Shown here in pieces: positions 62,887-64,000 of a DNA stretch of 64,000 nt (position 1 is its first letter; the number at the start of each line of letters is the position of its first letter). Source of the stretch: Candidatus Limnocylindria bacterium (GTDB lineage Bacteria > Chloroflexota > Limnocylindria > QHBO01); the NCBI GenBank assembly GCA_044866355.1, contig JBIOTW010000033.1, positions 13,373 to 77,372 of the forward strand, read 5' to 3'. The notes beneath the pieces were generated by a model. The model did no database searches, had not been told where the DNA came from, and saw nothing but the letters and a program-made list of their open reading frames with translations. The translations under genes were made by a program, and so were the position numbers.

Positions 62887-64000
62887 ATGGCCAAGAAGGA
62901 ACTCACCGCTGCCCTGAAGCTTGCCGAGGAAAAGAACCTGCGGTTCGTGAGCCTCCACTTCACGGACATCACCGGTCACATCAAGTCGGTGCAGGTCCCC
63001 CTGCATCAACTGGAGGAGTCGTCCGAGCACGGGACCTGGTTCGATGGGTCGAGCATCGAAGGGTTCGCCCGCATCGCCGAGTCGGACATGTTCCTGGTGC
63101 CCGATCTGTCGACGTTCTCACCCATCCCCTGGGAACCGGGCTTCGACGACGCCGGGCGACCGACCGAGACCGGGGCCGCGCGGGTCATCTGCGACGTGTT
63201 CACCCCCAACGGCGAGCCGTTCCCCGGCGACCCGCGGCATGTCCTGCGTCGCCAGATGGATCGGGCGGCCAAGCTGGGCTACACCTTCAACACCGGCCCG
63301 GAGCTCGAGTTCTTCCTCCTCCGCCTCCGCGACGGCGGCCCGGTCGAGCCGTTGCCACACGATGCGGCCGGGTACTTCGACCTTTCCACGGACCTGGCCA
63401 CCGAGGTCCGCAAGGAGATGACCAACGACCTCGAGGAGATCGGGATCGAGGTCGAGACCGCGCACCATGAGGTCGCGACCGGCCAGCACGAGATCGATTT
63501 CAAGTACGCCAACGCGCTGCGGACGGCTGACAACGCGGTGACCTTCCGCGCCACGCTCAAGGCGGTTGCCGCACGGCATGGGCTGCACGCCACCTTCATG
63601 CCCAAGCCGATCTTCGGCATCAACGGATCCGGCATGCACACCCACCAATCATTGTGGGACGACAAGCGCGCCCGCAACGCCTTCGCCGATGAAAAGGATC
63701 CCTACGGTCTGTCGACCGTCGCCCGGAGCTACATCGCGGGCATCCTCGAGCACGCGCGGGGCATGATCGCGGTCCTGGCTCCGTTGGTGAACAGCTACAA
63801 GCGCCTGGTTCCCGGGTACGAGGCGCCGGTGTACATCAGCTGGGCCCGGATCAATCGCTCGGCCCTGGTCCGCATTCCGCAGATCAGCCGCGGACGGCTG
63901 GAGTCGACGCGGATCGAGGTCCGCTGCCCCGACCCGTCGTCGAACCCGTACCTCGCGTTCGCCGCCATGCTGGCCGCCGGCCTGGATGGGGTCGAGCGCA
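62887..64000 (+). CDS. glnA: Glutamine synthetase type I, 5' portion (continues beyond window)
   Basis: Own translation from ATG 62887: MAKKELTAALKLAEEKNLRFVSLHFTDITGHIKSVQVP...; later FMPKPIFGINGSGMHTHQSLWD and NSYKRLVPGYEAPVYISWA are GSI signatures. Not in the ORF track because it is open-ended. Confidence 0.9.
   Translation, partial: MAKKELTAALKLAEEKNLRFVSLHFTDITGHIKSVQVPLHQLEESSEHGTWFDGSSIEGFARIAESDMFLVPDLSTFSPIPWEPGFDDAGRPTETGAARVICDVFTPNGEPFPGDPRHVLRRQMDRAAKLGYTFNTGPELEFFLLRLRDGGPVEPLPHDAAGYFDLSTDLATEVRKEMTNDLEEIGIEVETAHHEVATGQHEIDFKYANALRTADNAVTFRATLKAVAARHGLHATFMPKPIFGINGSGMHTHQSLWDDKRARNAFADEKDPYGLSTVARSYIAGILEHARGMIAVLAPLVNSYKRLVPGYEAPVYISWARINRSALVRIPQISRGRLESTRIEVRCPDPSSNPYLAFAAMLAAGLDGVER

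Noticed and set aside
62941-62957. GAACctgcgGTTC as a fourth LexA box
   Set aside because: Spacer is 5 nt, not 4, and it lies inside the glnA coding sequence.
1-64000. CRISPR arrays, restriction-modification, toxin-antitoxin or other defence islands
   Set aside because: No short regularly spaced repeats, no cas-like, methyltransferase, nuclease-helicase or TA-like small gene pairs seen; RadC and the CPBP/Abi protein occur singly in housekeeping contexts.

Overview
This is a high-GC (about 70%) chromosomal segment that looks actinobacterial (GlgE, two LytR-CpsA-Psr (LCP) wall-polymer ligases, a UPF0182 membrane protein, MreBC, LexA boxes of the GAAC-N4-GTTC type). I saw no integrase, transposase, CRISPR array or toxin-antitoxin pair, so it reads as core genome. 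Gene-dense, real CDSs often meet at ATGA/GTGA overlaps. Many long ORFs in the six-frame track are antisense artefacts of the GC bias.

Content in order:
- 1-11.3 kb: a truncated BNR-repeat secreted protein, a ZIP metal transporter, a GNAT-like gene, histidine ammonia-lyase, an adjacent PAP2 phosphatase plus DedA pair, a second BNR-repeat protein, a long structured leader followed by a NitT/TauT-type ABC transporter (ATPase, permease, lipoprotein binding protein), a TauE/SafE exporter, FolD and a formimino-THF cyclodeaminase-like gene.
- 11.4-14.8 kb: an apparent SOS operon, lexA, then an AlkZ/YcaQ-family gene, then dinB, then a 94-aa ORF, with AGAAC-N4-GTTCT LexA boxes; a third box lies upstream of dnaB.
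- 14.8-25.5 kb: rplI, dnaB, a zinc-ribbon protein, a CBS-less IMPDH-family protein, an SRPBCC protein, guaA, UPF0182, a membrane protein and MgtC.
- 25.5-30.6 kb: two double-zinc-ribbon membrane proteins flanking a GGDEF+HD-GYP enzyme, a CPBP protease whose upstream reading frame is open but lacks a start codon, and RadC.
- 30.6-41.5 kb: a PQQ sugar dehydrogenase lipoprotein, GlgE, MreB and MreC, then two large secreted enzymes (a caspase-fold peptidase with a PKD domain, and a GH18 hydrolase) that share three copies each of an unrecognised ~120-aa tandem repeat.
- 41.5-60.5 kb: an envelope glycopolymer locus. It holds a GT4, rph, rdgB, and a complete five-gene WbpD/I/E/B/A-like pathway for UDP-2,3-diacetamido-2,3-dideoxy-mannuronic acid. 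Downstream are a Dpm1-like GT2, a SurA-like PPIase, MazG, a second GT4, tRNA-Pro(UGG), a phosphoglycosyl transferase and a Wzy-like polymerase. The LCP genes are paralogs, and a GGDEF diguanylate cyclase sits between them.
- 60.5-64 kb: a PLP-dependent Cys/Met enzyme, a PucR-like regulator, a perfect palindrome, and glnA running off the window end.

My best candidates for something undescribed are the shared repeat module on the two secreted hydrolases next to mreBC, and the SOS operon coupling an AlkZ-like crosslink glycosylase and DinB to an unknown small gene. Everything rests on reading the translations and sequence; no database search was possible.
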